Assembly (NCBI RefSeq): GCF_964355755.1
Contig: NC_092670.1
Location: forward strand, 28,012,388 to 28,076,387
Origin: Antedon mediterranea
Lineage: Eukaryota; Animalia; Echinodermata
Reading direction: 5' to 3'
DNA length: 64,000 nucleotides
The notes below the pieces were generated by a model. It saw only the letters and a list, made by a program, of their open reading frames with translations. It did not search any database and was not told the origin of the DNA. The translations under genes and the position numbers were made by a program. This document shows, one piece after another, positions 41,001 to 56,021 of the stretch. Every line of letters starts with the position of its first letter. Position 1 is the first letter of the stretch.

Positions 41001-44000
41001 TGGTATAAAACGTCTCCAAATGCGATTTTAAGGTATTCTAAGCACTTTGGTGTTTTTATGTTAACAAGTTTTTTAGAAAATCACAAAATGGTCTAAAACG
41101 TCTCCAAATGCGATTTGAAGCAATTCTAAGCACTTTGGTGTTTTTATGGTAACGAGTTTTTTTGAATATCACAAAATGGTCTAAAATGTCTCCAAATGCG
41201 ATTTGAAGCTTTTCTAAGCACTTTGGTGTTTTTATGTTAACAAGTTTTTTCGAAAATCACAAAATGGTCTAAAACGTCTCCAAATGCGATTTGAAGCTAT
41301 TCTGTACACTTTGCTGTTTTGTGTGAATAATTTTTGTCGAAATGCTCAAAATGGTCAAAAACGTTTTTAAATACGATATTAAGCTATTTTGTGCTCTTTG
41401 ATGTTTTTGTGTGAAAAGTTTTATCGAAATGCTCAAAATGGTCTAAAACGGTTTCTAATGTGATTTTAAGCACTTTGATGTTTTTATGTTAACAACTTTT
41501 TTAGAAAATCACAAAATGGTCTAAAACGTCTCCAAATGCGATTTGAAGCTTTTCTAAGCACTTTTGTGTTTTTATGTTTACAAGTTTTTTCGAAAATCAC
41601 AAAATGGTCTAAAACGGCTCCAAATACGATTTGAAGCTATTCTAAGCACTTTGGTGTTTTTATGTTAACAAGTTTTTTCGAAAATCACAAAATGGTCTAA
41701 AACGTCTCCAAATGCGATTTGAAGCTATTCTAAGCACTTTGGTGTTTTTATGTTAACAAGTTTTTTCGAAAATCACAAAATGGTGTAAAACGTCTCCAAA
41801 TGCGATTTGAAGCTATTCTAAGCAATTTTGTGTTTTTATGTTAACAAGTTTTTTCGAAAATCACAAAATGGTCTAAAACGTCTCCAAATGCGATTTGAAG
41901 CTATTCTAAGCACTTTTGTGTTTTTATGTTAACAAGTTTTTTCGAAAATCACAAAATTGTCTAAAATGTCTCAAAATGCGATTTGAAGCTATTCTTTACA
42001 CTTTGCTGTTTTGTGTGAATAATTTTTGTCAAAATGCTCAAAATGGTCAAAAACGTTTTTAAATACTATATTAAGCTATTTTGTGTTCTTTGATGTTTTT
42101 GTGTGAAAAGTTTTTTCGAAATGCTCAAAATGGTCTAAAACGGTTTCTAATGTGATTTTAAGCACTTTGATGTTTTTATGTTAACAACTTTTTTAGAAAA
42201 TTACAAAATGGTCTAAAACGTCTCCAAATGCGATTTGAAGCAATTCTAAGCACTTTGGTGTTTTTATGTTAACAAGTTTTTTCGAAAATCACAAAATGGT
42301 CTAAAACGTCTCCAAATGCGATTTGAAGCTATTCTGTACACTTTGCTGTTTTGTGTGAATAATTTTTGTTGAAATGCTCAAAATGGTCAAAAACGTTTTT
42401 AAATACGATATTAAGCTATTTTGTGCTCTTTGATGTTTTTGTGTGAAAAGTTTTATCGAAATGCTCAAAATGGTCTAAAACGGTTTCTAATGTGATTTTA
42501 AGCACTTTGGTGTTTTTATGTTAACAAGTTTTTTCGAAAATCACAAAATGGTCTAAAATGTCTCCAAATGCGATTTGAAGCTTTTCTAAGCACTTTGGTG
42601 TTTTTATGTTAACAAGTTTTTTCGAAAATCACAAAATGGTCTAAAACGTCTCCAAATGTGATTTGAAGCTATTCTAAACACTTTGGTGTTTTTATGTTAA
42701 CAAGTTTTTTCGAAAATCACAAATTGGTCTAAAACGTCTCCAAATGCGATTTGAAGCTATTTTAAGCACTTTGGTGTTTTTGTGTAACCAAGTTTTTTCG
42801 AAAATCACAAAAGGGTCTAAAATGTCTCAAAATGCGATTTGAAGCTATTCTGTACACTTTGATGTTTTTTTGTTAACAAGTTTTTTCGAAAGTCACAAAA
42901 TGGTCTAAAAAGTCTCCAAATGCGATTTGAAGCTATTCTAAGCACTTTGGTGTTTTTATGTTAACAAGTTTTATCGAAAATCACAAAATGGTGTAAAACG
43001 TCTCCAAATGCGATTTGAAGCTATTCTAAGCACTTTGGTTTTTTATGTTAACAAGTTTTTTCGAAAATCACAAAATGGTGTAAAACGTCTCCAAATGCGA
43101 TTTTAAGCTATTCTAAGCAATTTGGTGTTTTTATGTTAACAAGTTTTTTCGAAAATCACAAAATGGTCTAAAACGTCTCCAAATGCGATTTGAAGCTATT
43201 CTGTACACTTTGCTGTTTTGTGAGAATAATTTTTGTCGAAATGCTCAAAATGGTCAAAAACGTTTTTAAATACGATATTAAGCTATTTTGTGCTCTTTGA
43301 TGTTTTTGTGTGAAAAGTTTTATCGAAATGCTCAAAATGGTCTAAAACGGTTTCTAATGTGATTTTAAGCACTTTGATGTTTTTATGTTAACAACTTTTT
43401 TAGAAAATTACAAAATGGTGTAAAACGTCTCCAAATGCGATTTGAAGCTATTCTAAGCAATTTCGTGTTTTTATGTTAACAAGTTTTTTCTAAAATCACA
43501 AAATGGTCTAAAATGTCTCCAAATGCGATTTTAAGGTATTCTAAGCACTTTGGTGTTTTTATGTTAACAAGTTTTTTCGAAAATCACAAAATGGTCTAAA
43601 ACGTCTACAAATGCGATTTGAAGCTATTCTAAGCACTTTGGTGTTTTTATGTTAACAAGTTTTTTCGAAAATCACAAAATGGTATAAAACGTCTCCAAAT
43701 GCGATTTGAAGATTTTCTAAGCACTTTGGTGTTTTTATGTTTACAAGTTTTTTCGAAAATCACAAAATGGTCTAAAACGTCTCCAAATGCGATTTGAAGC
43801 TATTCCGTACACTTTGCTGTTTTGTGTGAATAATTTTGTCAAAATGCTCAAAATGGTCAAAAACGTTTTTAAATACTATATTAAGCTATTTTGTGTTCTT
43901 TGATGTTTTTGTGTGAAAAGTTTTATCGAAATGCTCAAAATGGTCTAAAACGGTTTCTAATGAAATGATTTTAAGAACTTTGATGTTTTTATGTTAACAA

Positions 44001-47000
44001 CTTTTTTAGAAAATCACAAAATGGTCTAAAACGTCTCCAAATGCGATTTGAAGCAATTCTAAGCACTTTGGTGTTTTTATGTTAACAAGTTTTTTCGAAA
44101 ATCACAAAATGGTATAAAACCTCTCCAAATGCGATTTTAAGGTATTCTAAGCACTTTGGTGTTTTTATGTTAACAAGTTTTTTCGAAAACCACAAAATGG
44201 TATAAAACGTCTCCAAATGCGATTTGAAGCAATTCTAAGCACTTTGGTGTTTTTATGTTAACAAGTTTTTTCGAAAATCACAAAATGGTATAAAACGTCT
44301 CCAAATGAGATTTTAAGGTATTCTAAGCACTTTGGTGTTTTTATGTTAACAAGTTTTTTCGAAAATCACAAAATGGTCTAAAACGTCTACAAATGCGATT
44401 TGAAGCTATTCTAAGCACTTTGGTGTTTTTATGTTAACAAGTTTTTTCGAAAATCACAAAATGGTATAAAACGTCTCCAAATGCGATTTTAAGCTATTCT
44501 AAGCAATTTGGTGTTTTTATGTTAACAAGTTTTTTCGAAAATCACAAAATGGTCGAAAATGTCACAAAATGCGATTTGAAGCTATTCTAAGCACTTTGGT
44601 GTTATTATGTTAACAAGTTTTTTCGAAAATCACAAATTGGTCTAAAACGTCTCCAAATGCGATTTGAAGCTATTTTAAGCACTTTGGTGTTTTTGTGTAA
44701 CCAAGTTTTTTCGAAAATCACAAAAGGGTCTAAAATGTCTAAAAATACGATTTGAAGCTATTCTGTACACTTTGATGTTTTTTTGTTAACAAGTTTTTTC
44801 GAAAGTCACAAAATGGTCTAAAACGTCTCCAAATGCGATTTGAAGCTATTCTAAGCACTTTGGTGTTTTTATGTTAACAAGTTTTTTCGAAAATCACAAA
44901 ATGGTGTAAAACGTCTCCAAATGCGATTTGAAGCTATTCTAAGCACTTTGGTGTTTTTATGTTAACAAGTTTTTTCGAAAATCACAAAATGGTGTAAAAC
45001 TTCTCCAAATACGATTTTAAGCTATTCTAAGCAATTTGGTGTTTTTATGTTAACAAGTTTTTTCGAAAATCACAAAATGGTCTAAAACGTCTCCAAATGC
45101 GATTTGAAGTTATTCTGTACACTTTGCTGTTTTGTGAGAATAATTTTTGTCGAAATGCTCAAAATGGTCAAAAACGTTTTTAAATACGATATTAAGCTAT
45201 TTTGTGCTCTTTGATGTTTTTGTGTGAAAAGTTTTATCGAAATGCTCAAAATGGTCTAAAACGGTTTCTAATGTGATTTTAAGCACTTTGGTGTTTTTAT
45301 GTTAACAAGTTTTTTCGAAAATCACAAAATGGTCTAAAACGTCTCCAAATGTGATTTGAAGCTATTCTAAACACTTTGGTGTTTTTATGTTAACAAGTTT
45401 TTTCGAAAATCACAAATTGGTCTAAAACGTATCCAAATGCGATTTGAAGCTATTTTAAGCACTTTGGTGTTTTTGTGTAACCAAGTTTTTTCGAAAATCA
45501 CAAAAGGGTCTAAAATGTCTCAAAATGCGATTTGAAGCTATTCTGTACACTTTGATGTTTTTTTGTTAACAAGTTTTTTCGAAAGTCACAAAATGGTCTA
45601 AAACGTCTCCAAATGCGATTTGAAGCTATTCTAAGCACTTTGGTGTTTTTATGTTAACAAGTTTTTTCGAAAATCACAAAATGGTGTAAAACGTCTCCAA
45701 ATGCGATTTGAAGCTATTCTAAGCACTTTGGTGTTTTTATGTTAACAAGTTTTTTCGAAAATCACAAAATGGTGTAAAACTTCTCCAAATACGATTTTAA
45801 GCTATTCTAAGCAATTTGGTGTTTTTATGTTAACAAGTTTTTTCGAAAATCACAAAATGGTCTAAAACGTCTCCAAATGCGATTTGAAGCTATTCTGTAC
45901 ACTTTGCTGTTTTGTGTGAATAATTTTTGTTGAAATGCTCAAAATGGTCAAAAACGTTTTTAAATACTATATTAAGCTATTTTGTGTTCTTTGATGTTTT
46001 TGTGTGAAAAGTTTTATCGAAATGCTCAAAATGGTCTAAAACGGTTTCTAATGTGATTTTAAGCACTTTGATGTTTTTATGTTAACAAGTTTTTTCGAAA
46101 ATCACAAAATGGTGTAAAACGTCTCCAAATGCGATTTGAAGCTATTCTAAGCACGTTGGTGTTTTTATGTTAACAAGTTTTTTCGAAAATCACAAAATGG
46201 TCTAAAACGTCTCCAAATGCGATTTGAAGCAATTCTAAGCACTTTGGTGTTTTTATGGTAACGAGTTATTTCGAAAATCACAAAATGGTCTAAAACGTCT
46301 CCAAATGCGATTTGAAGCTATTCTGTACACTTTGCTGTTTTGTGTGAATAATTTTTGTCAAAATGCTCAAAATGGTCAAAAACGTTTTTTAATACTATAT
46401 TAAGCTATTTTGTGCTCTTTGATGTTTTTGTGTGAAAAGTTTTATCGAAATGCTCAAAATGGTCTAAAACGGTTTCTAATGTGATTTTAAGCACTTTGAT
46501 GTTTTTATGTTAACAACTTTTTTAGAAAATTACAAAATGGTGTAAAACGTCTCCAAATGCGATTTGAAGCTATTCTAAGCACTTTGGTGTTTTTATGGTA
46601 ACGAGTTTTTTTGAATATCACAAAATGGTCTAAAATGTCTCCAAATGCGATTTGAAGCTTTTCTAAGCACTTTGGTGTTTTTATGTTAACAAGTTTTTTC
46701 GAAAATCACAAAATGGTCTAAAACGTCTCCAAATGTGATTTGAAGCTATTCTAAACACTTTGGTGTTTTTATGTTAACAAGTTTTTTCGAAAATCACAAA
46801 TTGGTCTAAAACGTCTCCAAATGCGATTTGAAGCTAGTTTAAGCACTTTGGTGTTTTTGTGTAACCAAGTTTTTTCGAAAATCACAAAAGGGTCTAAAAT
46901 GTCTCAAAATGCGATTTGAAGCTATTCTGTACACTTTGATGTTTTTTTTGTTAACAAGTTTTTTCGAAAGTCACAAAATGGTCTAAAACGTCTCCAAATG

Positions 47001-50000
47001 CGATTTGAAGCTATTCTAAGCACTTTGGTGTTTTTATGTTAACAAGTTTTTTCGAAAATCACAAAATGGTGTAAAACGTCTCCAAATGCGATTTGAAGCT
47101 ATTCTAAGCAATTTGGTGTTTTTATGTTAACAAGTTTTTTCGAAAATCACAAAATGGTGTAAAACGTCTCCAAATGCGATTTTAAGCTATTCTAAGCAAT
47201 TTGGTGTTCTTTTATGTTAACAAGTTTTTTCGAAAATCACAAAATGGTCTAAAACGTCTCCAAATGCGATTTGAAGCTATTCTGTACACTTTGCTGTTTT
47301 GTGAGAATAATTTTTGTCGAAATGCTCAAAATGGTCAAAAACGTTTTTAAATACGATATTAAGCTATTTTGTGCTCTTTGATGTTTTTGTGTGAAAAGTT
47401 TTATCGAAATGCTCAAAATGGTCTAAAACGGTTTCTAATGTGATTTTAAGCACTTTGGTGTTTTTATGTTAACAAGTTTTTTCGAAAATCACAAAATGGT
47501 CTAAAACGTCTCCAAATGTGATTTGAAGCTATTCTAAACACTTTGGTGTTTTTATGTTAACAAGTTTTTTCGAAAATCACAAATTGGTCTAAAACGTCTC
47601 CAAATGCGATTTGAAGCTATTTTAAGCACTTTGGTGTTTTTGTGTAACCAAGTTTTTTCGAAAATCACAAAAGGGTCTAAAATGTCTCAAAATGCGATTT
47701 GAAGCTATTCTGTACACTTTGATGTTTTTTTGTTAACAAGTTTTTTCGAAAGTCACAAAATGGTCTAAAACGTCTCCAAATGCGATTTGAAGCTATTCTA
47801 AGCACTTTGCTGTTTTGTGTGAATAATTTTTGTCGAAATGCTCAAAATGGTCAAAAACGTTTTTAAATACGATATTAAGCTATTTTGTGCTCTTTGATGT
47901 TTTTGTGTGAAAAGTTTTATCGAAATGCTCAAAATGGTCTAAAACGGTTTCTAATGTGATTTTAAGCACTTTGATGTTTTTATGTTAACAACTTTTTTAG
48001 AAAATCACAAAATGGTCTAAAACGTCTCCAAATGCGATTTGAAGCAATTCTAAGCACTTTGGTGTTTTTATGGTAACGAGTTTTTTTGAATATCACAAAA
48101 TGGTCTAAAATGTCTCCAAATGCGATTTGAAGCTTTTCTAAGCACATTGGTGTTTTTATGTTAACAAGTTTTTTCGAAAATCACAAAATGGTCTAAAACG
48201 TCTCCAAATGCGATTTGAAGCTATTCTGTACACTTTGCTGTTTTGTGTGAATAATTTTTGTCGAAATGCTCAAAATGGTCAAAAACGTTTTTAAATACGA
48301 TATTAAGCTATTTTGTGCTCTTTTATGTTTTTGTGTGAAAAGTTTTATCGAAATGCTCAAAATGGTCTAAAACGGTTTCTAATGTGATTTTAAGCACTTT
48401 GATGTTTTTATGTTAACAACTTTTTTAGAAAATCACAAAATGGTCTAAAACGTCTCCAAATGCGATTTGAAGCAATTCTAAGCACTTTGGTGTTTTTATG
48501 GTAACGAGTTTTTTTGAATATCACAAAATGGTCTAAAATGTCTCCAAATGCGATTTGAAGCTTTTCTAAGCACTTTGGTGTTTTTATGGTAACGAGTTAT
48601 TTCGAAAATCACAAAATGGTCTAAAACGTCTCCAAATGCGATTTGAAGCTATTCTGTACACTTTGCTGTTTTGTGTGAATAATTTTTGTCAAAATGCTCA
48701 AAATGGTCAAAAACGTTTTTAAATACTATATTAAGCTATTTTGTGCTCTTTGATGTTTTTGTGTGAAAAGTTTTATCGAAATGCTCAAAATGGTCTAAAA
48801 CGGTTTCTAATGTGATTTTAAGCACTTTGATGTTTTTATGTTAACAACTTTTTTAGAAAATTACAAATTGGTGTAAAACGTCTCCAAATGCGATTTGAAG
48901 CTATTCTAAGCAATTTGGTGTTTTTATGTTAACAAGTTTTTTCGAAAATCACAAAATGGTCTAAAACGTCTCCAAATGCGATTTGAAGCTATTCTAAGCA
49001 CTTTTGTGTTTTTATGTTAACAAGTTTTTTCGAAAATCACAAAATGGTCTAAAATGTCTCCAAATGCGATTTGAAGCTTTTCTAAGCACTTTTGTGTTTT
49101 TATGTTTACAAGTTTTTTCGAAAATCACAAAATGGTCTAAAACGTCTCCAAATGCGATTTGAAGCTATTCTGTACACTTTGCTGTTTTGTGTGAATAATT
49201 TTTGTCAAAATGCTCAAAATGGTCAAAAACGGTTTTAAATACTATATTAAGCTATTTTGTGTTCTTTGATGTTTTTATGTGAAAAGTTTTATCGAAATGC
49301 TCAAAATGGTCTAAAACGGTTTCTAATGTGATTTTAAGAACTTTGATGTTTTTATGTTAAAAACTTTTTTAGAAAATCACAAAATGGTCTAAAACGTCTC
49401 CAAATGCGATTTGAAGCAATTCTAAGCACTTTGGTGTTTTTATGTTAACACGTTTTTTCGAAAATCACAAAATGGTCTACAACGTCTCCAAATGCGATTT
49501 GAAGCTATTCTAAGCACTTTGGTGTTTTTATGTTAACAAGTTTTTTCGAAAATCACAAAGTGGTATAAAACGTCTCCAAATGCGATTTTAATGTATTCTA
49601 AGCACTTTGGTGTTTTTATGTTAACAAGTTTTTTCGAAAATCACAAAATGGTCTAAAACGTCTCCAAATGTGATTTGAAGCTATTCTAAACACTTTGGTG
49701 TTTTTATGTTAACAAGTTTTTTCGAAAATCACAAATTGGTCTAAAACGTCTCCAAATGCGATTTGAAGCTATTTTAAGCACTTTGGTGTTTTTGTGTAAC
49801 CAAGTTTTTTCGAAAATCACAAAAGGGTCTAAAATGTCTCAAAATGCGATTTGAAGCTATTCTGTACACTTTGATGTTTTTATGTTAACAACTTTTTTAG
49901 AAAATCACAAAATGGTCTAAAACGTCTCCAAATGCGATTTGAAGCAATTCTAAGCACTTTGGTGTTTTTATGGTAACGAGTTTTTTTGAATATCACAAAA

Positions 50001-53000
50001 TGGTCTAAAATGTCTCCAAATGCGATTTGAAGCTTTTCTAAGCACGTTGGTGTTTTTATGTTTACAAGTTTTTTCGAAAATCACAAAATGGTCTAAAACG
50101 GCTCCAAATACGATTTGAAGCTATTCTAAGCACTTTGGTGTTTTTATGTTAACAAGTTTTTTCGAAAATCACAAAATGGTCTAAAACGTCTCCAAATGCG
50201 ATTTGAAGCTATTCTAAGCACTTTGGTGTTTTTATGTTAACAAGTTTTTTCGAAAATCACAAAATGGTGTAAAACGTCTCCAAATGCGATTTGAAGCTAT
50301 TCTAAGCAATTTTGTGTTTTTATGTTAACAAGTTTTTTCGAAAATCACAAAATGGTCTAAAACGTCTCCAAATGCGATTTGAAGCTATTCTAAGCACTTT
50401 TGTGTTTTTATGTTAACAAGTTTTTTCGAAAATCACAAAATGGTCTAAAATGTCTCAAAATGCGATTTGAAGCTATTCTGTACACTTTGCTGTTTTGTGT
50501 GAATAATTTTTGTCAAAATGCTCAAAATGGTCAAAAACGTTTTTAAATACTATATTAAGCTATTTTGTGTTCTTTGATGTTTTTGTGTGAAAAGTTTTTT
50601 CGAAATGCTCAAAATGGTCTAAAACGGTTTCTAATGTGATTTTAAGCACTTTGATGTTTTTATGTTAACAACTTTTTTAGAAAATTACAAAATGGTCTAA
50701 AACGTCTCCAAATGCAATTTGAAGCAATTCTAAGCACTTTGGTGTTTTTATGTTAACAAGTTTTTTCGAAAATCACAAAATGGTCTAAAACGTCTCCAAA
50801 TGCTATTTGAAGCTATTCTGTACACTTTGCTGTTTTGTGTGAATAATTTTTGTTGAAATGCTCAAAATGGTCAAAAACGTTTTTAAATACGATATTAAGC
50901 TATTTTGTGCTCTTTGATGTTTTTGTGTGAAAAGTTTTATCGAAATGCTCAAAATGGTCTAAAACGGTTTCTAATGTGATTTTAAGCACTTTGGTGTTTT
51001 TATGTTAACAAGTTTTTTCGAAAATCACAAAATGGTCTAAAATATCTCCAAATGCGATTTGAAGCTTTTCTAAGCACTTTGGTGTTTTTATGTTAACAAG
51101 TTTTTTCGAAAATCACAAAATGGTCTAAAACGTCTCCAAATGTGATTTGAAGCTATTCTAAACACTTTGGTGTTTTTATGTTAACAAGTTTTTTCGAAAA
51201 TCACAAATTGGTCTAAAACGTCTCCAAATGCGATTTTAAGCAATTCTAAGCACTTTGGTGTTTTTATGTTAAAAAGTTTTTTTCGAAAATCACAAAATGG
51301 TCTAAAACCTCTCCAAATGCGATTTGAAGCTATTCTGTACACTTTGCTGTTTTGTGTGAATAATTTTTGTCGAAATGCTCAAAATGGTCAAAAACGTTTT
51401 TAAATACGATATTAAGCTATTTTGTGCTCTTTGATGTTTTTGTGTGAAAAGTTTTATCGAAATGCTCAAAATGGTCTAAAACGGTTTCTAATGTGATTTT
51501 AAGCACTTTGGTGTTTTTATGTTAACAAGTTTTTTCGAAAATCACAAAATGGTCTAAAACGTCTCCAAATGTGATTTGAAGCTATTTTAAACACTTTGGT
51601 GTTTTTATGTTAATAAGTTTTTTCGAAAATCACAAATTGGTCTAAAACGTCTCCAAATGCGATTTGAAGCTTTTCTAAGCACTTTGGTGTTTTTATGGTA
51701 ACGAGTTATTTCGAAAATCACAAAATGGTCTAAAACGTCTCCAAATGCGATTTGAAGCTATTCTGTACACTTTGCTGTTTTGTGTGAATAATTTTTGTCA
51801 AAATGCTCAAAATGGTCAAAAACGTTTTTAAATACTATATTAAGCTATTTTGTGTTCTTTGATGTTTTTATGTGAAAAGTTTTATCGAAATGCTCAAAAT
51901 GGTCTAAAACGGTTTCTAATGTGATTTTAAGAACTTTGATGTTTTTATGTTAAAAACTTTTTTAGAAAATCACAAAATGGTCTAAAACGTCTCCAAATGC
52001 GATTTGAAGCAATTCTAAGCACTTTGGTGTTTTTATGTTAACACGTTTTTTCGAAAATCACAAAATGGTCTACAACGTCTCCAAATGCGATTTGAAGATA
52101 TTCTAAGCACTTTGGTGTTTTTATGTTAACAAGTTTTTTCGAAAATCACAAAGTGGTATAAAACGTCTCCAAATGCGATTTTAAGGTATTCTAAGCACTT
52201 TGGTGTTTTTATGTTAACAAGTTTTTTAGAAAATCACAAAATGGTCTAAAACGTCTCCAAATGCGATTTGAAGCAATTCTAAGCACTTTGGTGTTTTTAT
52301 GGTAACGAGTTTTTTTGAATATCACAAAATGGTCTAAAATGTCTCCAAATGCGATTTGAAGCTTTTCTAAGCACTTTGGTGTTTTTATGTTAACAAGTTT
52401 TTTCGAAAATCACAAAATGGTCTAAAACGTCTCCAAATGCGATTTGAAGCTATTCTGTACACTTTGCTGTTTTGTGTGAATAATTTTTGTCGAAATGCTC
52501 AAAATGGTCAAAAACGTTTTTAAATACGATATTAAGCTATTTTGTGCTCTTTGATGTTTTTGTGTGAAAAGTTTTATCGAAATGCTCAAAATGGTCTAAA
52601 ACGGTTTCTAATGTGATTTTAAGCACTTTGATGTTTTTATGTTAACAACTTTTTTAGAAAATCACAAAATGGTCTAAAACGTCTCCAAATGCGATTTGAA
52701 GCTTTTCTAAGCACTTTTGTGTTTTTATGTTTACAAGTTTTTTCGAAAATCACAAAATGGTCTAAAACGGCTCCAAATACGATTTGAAGCTATTCTAAGC
52801 ACTTTGGTGTTTTTATGTTAACAAGTTTTTTCGAAAATCACAAAATGGTCTAAAACGTCTCCAAATGCGATTTGAAGCTATTCTAAGCACTTTGGTGTTT
52901 TTATGTTAACAAGTTTTTTCGAAAATCACAAAATGGTGTAAAACGTCTCCAAATGCGATTTGAAGCTATTCTAAGCAATTTTGTGTTTTTATGTTAACAA

Positions 53001-56000
53001 GTTTTTTCGAAAATCACAAAATGGTCTAAAACGTCTCCAAATGCGATTTGAAGCTATTCTAAGCACTTTTGTGTTTTTATGTTAACAAGTTTTTTCGAAA
53101 ATCACAAAATTGTCTAAAATGTCTCAAAATGCGATTTGAAGCTATTCTTTACACTTTGCTGTTTTGTGTGAATAATTTTTGTCAAAATGCTCAAAATGGT
53201 CAAAAACGTTTTTAAATACTATATTAAGCTATTTTGTGTTCTTTGATGTTTTTGTGTGAAAAGTTTTTTCGAAATGCTCAAAATGGTCTAAAACGGTTTC
53301 TAATGTGATTTTAAGCACTTTGATGTTTTTATGTTAACAACTTTTTTAGAAAATTACAAAATGGTCTAAAACGTCTCCAAATGCGATTTGAAGCAATTCT
53401 AAGCACTTTGGTGTTTTTATGTTAACAAGTTTTTTCGAAAATCACAAAATGGTCTAAAACGTCTCCAAATGCGATTTGAAGCTATTCTGTACACTTTGCT
53501 GTTTTGTGTGAATAATTTTTGTTGAAATGCTCAAAATGGTCAAAAACGTTTTTAAATACGATATTAAGCTATTTTGTGCTCTTTGATGTTTTTGTGTGAA
53601 AAGTTTTATCGAAATGCTCAAAATGGTCTAAAACGGTTTCTAATGTGATTTTAAGCACTTTGGTGTTTTTATGTTAACAAGTTTTTTCGAAATTCACAAA
53701 ATGGTCTAAAATGTCTCCAAATGCGATTTGAAGCTTTTCTAAGCACTTTGGTGTTTTTATGTTAACAAGTTTTTTCGAAAATCACAAAATGGTCTAAAAC
53801 GTCTCCAAATGTGATTTGAAGCTATTCTAAACACTTTGGTGTTTTTATGTTAACAAGTTTTTTCAAAAATCACAAATTGGTCTAAAACGTCTCCAAATGC
53901 GATTTGAAGCTATTTTAAGCACTTTGGTGTTTTTGTGTAACCAAGTTTTTTCGAAAATCACAAAAGGGTCTAAAATGTCTCAAAATGCGATTTGAAGCTA
54001 TTCTGTACACTTTGATGTTTTTTTGTTAACAAGTTTTTTCGAAAGTCACAAAATGGTCTAAAAAGTCTCCAAATGCGATTTGAAGCTATTCTAAGCACTT
54101 TGGTGTTTTTATGTTAACAAGTTTTATCGAAAATCACAAAATGGTGTAAAACGTCTCCAAATGCGATTTGAAGCTATTCTAAGCACTTTGGTGTTTTTAT
54201 GTTAACAAGTTTTTTCGAAAATCACAAAATGGTGTAAAACGTCTCCAAATGCGATTTTAAGCTATTCTAAGCAATTTGGTGTTTTTATGTTAACAAGTTT
54301 TTTCGAAAATCACAAAATGGTCTAAAACGTCTCCAAATGCGATTTGAAGCTATTCTGTACACTTTGCTGTTTTGTGAGAATAATTTTTGTCGAAATGCTC
54401 AAAATGGTCAAAAACGTTTTTAAATACGATATTAAGCTATTTTGTGCTCTTTGATGTTTTTGTGTGAAAAGTTTTATCGAAATGCTCAAAATGGTCTAAA
54501 ACGGTTTCTAATGTGATTTTAAGCACTTTGATGTTTTTATGTTAACAACTTTTTTAGAAAATTACAAAATGGTGTAAAACGTCTCCAAATGCGATTTGAA
54601 GCTATTCTAAGCAATTTCGTGTTTTTATGTTAACAAGTTTTTTCGAAAATCACAAAATGGTCTAAAACGTCTCCAAATGCGATTTGAAGCTATTCTAAGC
54701 ACTTTTGTGTTTTTATGTTAACAAGTTTTTTCGAAAATCACAAAATGGTCTAAAATGTCTCCAAATGCGATTTTAAGGTATTCTAAGCACTTTGGTGTTT
54801 TTATGTTAACAAGTTTTTTCGAAAATCACAAAATGGTCTAAAACGTCTACAAATGCGATTTGAAGCTCTTCTAAGCACTTTGGTGTTTTTATGTTAACAA
54901 GTTTTTTCGAAAATCACAAAATGGTATAAAACGTCTCCAAATGCGATTTGAAGATTTTCTAAGCACTTTGGTGTTTTTATGTTTACAAGTTTTTTCGAAA
55001 ATCACAAAATGGTCTAAAACGTCTCCAAATGCGATTTGAAGCTATTCTGTACACTTTGCTGTTTTGTGTGAATAATTTTGTCAAAATGCTCAAAATGGTC
55101 AAAAACGTTTTTAAATACTATATTAAGCTATTTTGTGTTCTTTGATGTTTTTGTGTGAAAAGTTTTATCGAAATGCTCAAAATGGTCTAAAACGGTTTCT
55201 AATGAAATGATTTTAAGAACTTTGATGTTTTTATGTTAACAACTTTTTTAGAAAATCACAAAATGGTCTAAAACGTCTCCAAATGCGATTTGAAGCAATT
55301 CTAAGCACTTTGGTGTTTTTATGTTAACAAGTTTTTTCGAAAATCACAAAATGGTATAAAACGTCTCCAAATGCGATTTTAAGGTATTCTAAGCACTTTG
55401 GTGATTTTATGTTAACAAGTTTTTTCGAAAATCACAAAATGGTCTAAAACGTCTACAAATGCGATTTGAAGCTATTCTAAGCACTTTGGTGTTTTTATGT
55501 TAACAAGTTTTTTCGAAAATCACAAAATGGTATAAAACGTCTCCAAATGCGATTTTAAGCTATTCTAAGCAATTTGGTGTTTTTATGTTAACAAGTTTTT
55601 TCGAAAATCACAAAATGGTCGAAAATGTCACAAAATGCGATTTGAAGCTATTCTAAGCACTTTGGTGTTATTATGTTAACAAGTTTTTTCGAAAATCACA
55701 AATTGGTCTAAAACGTCTCCAAATGCGATTTGAAGCTATTTTAAGCACTTTGGTGTTTTTGTGTAACCAAGTTTTTTCGAAAATCACAAAAGGGTCTAAA
55801 ATGTCTCAAAATGCGATTTGAAGCTATTCTGTACACTTTGATGTTTTTTTGTTAACAAGTTTTTTCGAAAGTCACAAAATGGTCTAAAACGTCTCCAAAT
55901 GCGATTTGAAGCTATTCTAAGCACTTTGGTGTTTTTATGTTAACAAGTTTTTTCGAAAATCACAAAATGGTGTAAAACGTCTCCAAATGCGATTTGAAGC

Positions 56001-56021
56001 TATTCTAAGCACTTTGGTGTT
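32536..56021. repeat. 23.5-kb super-repeat, copy 2
   Basis: It has the same marker order as copy 1 at a constant offset, and I noticed only about a dozen private differences. Confidence 0.9.
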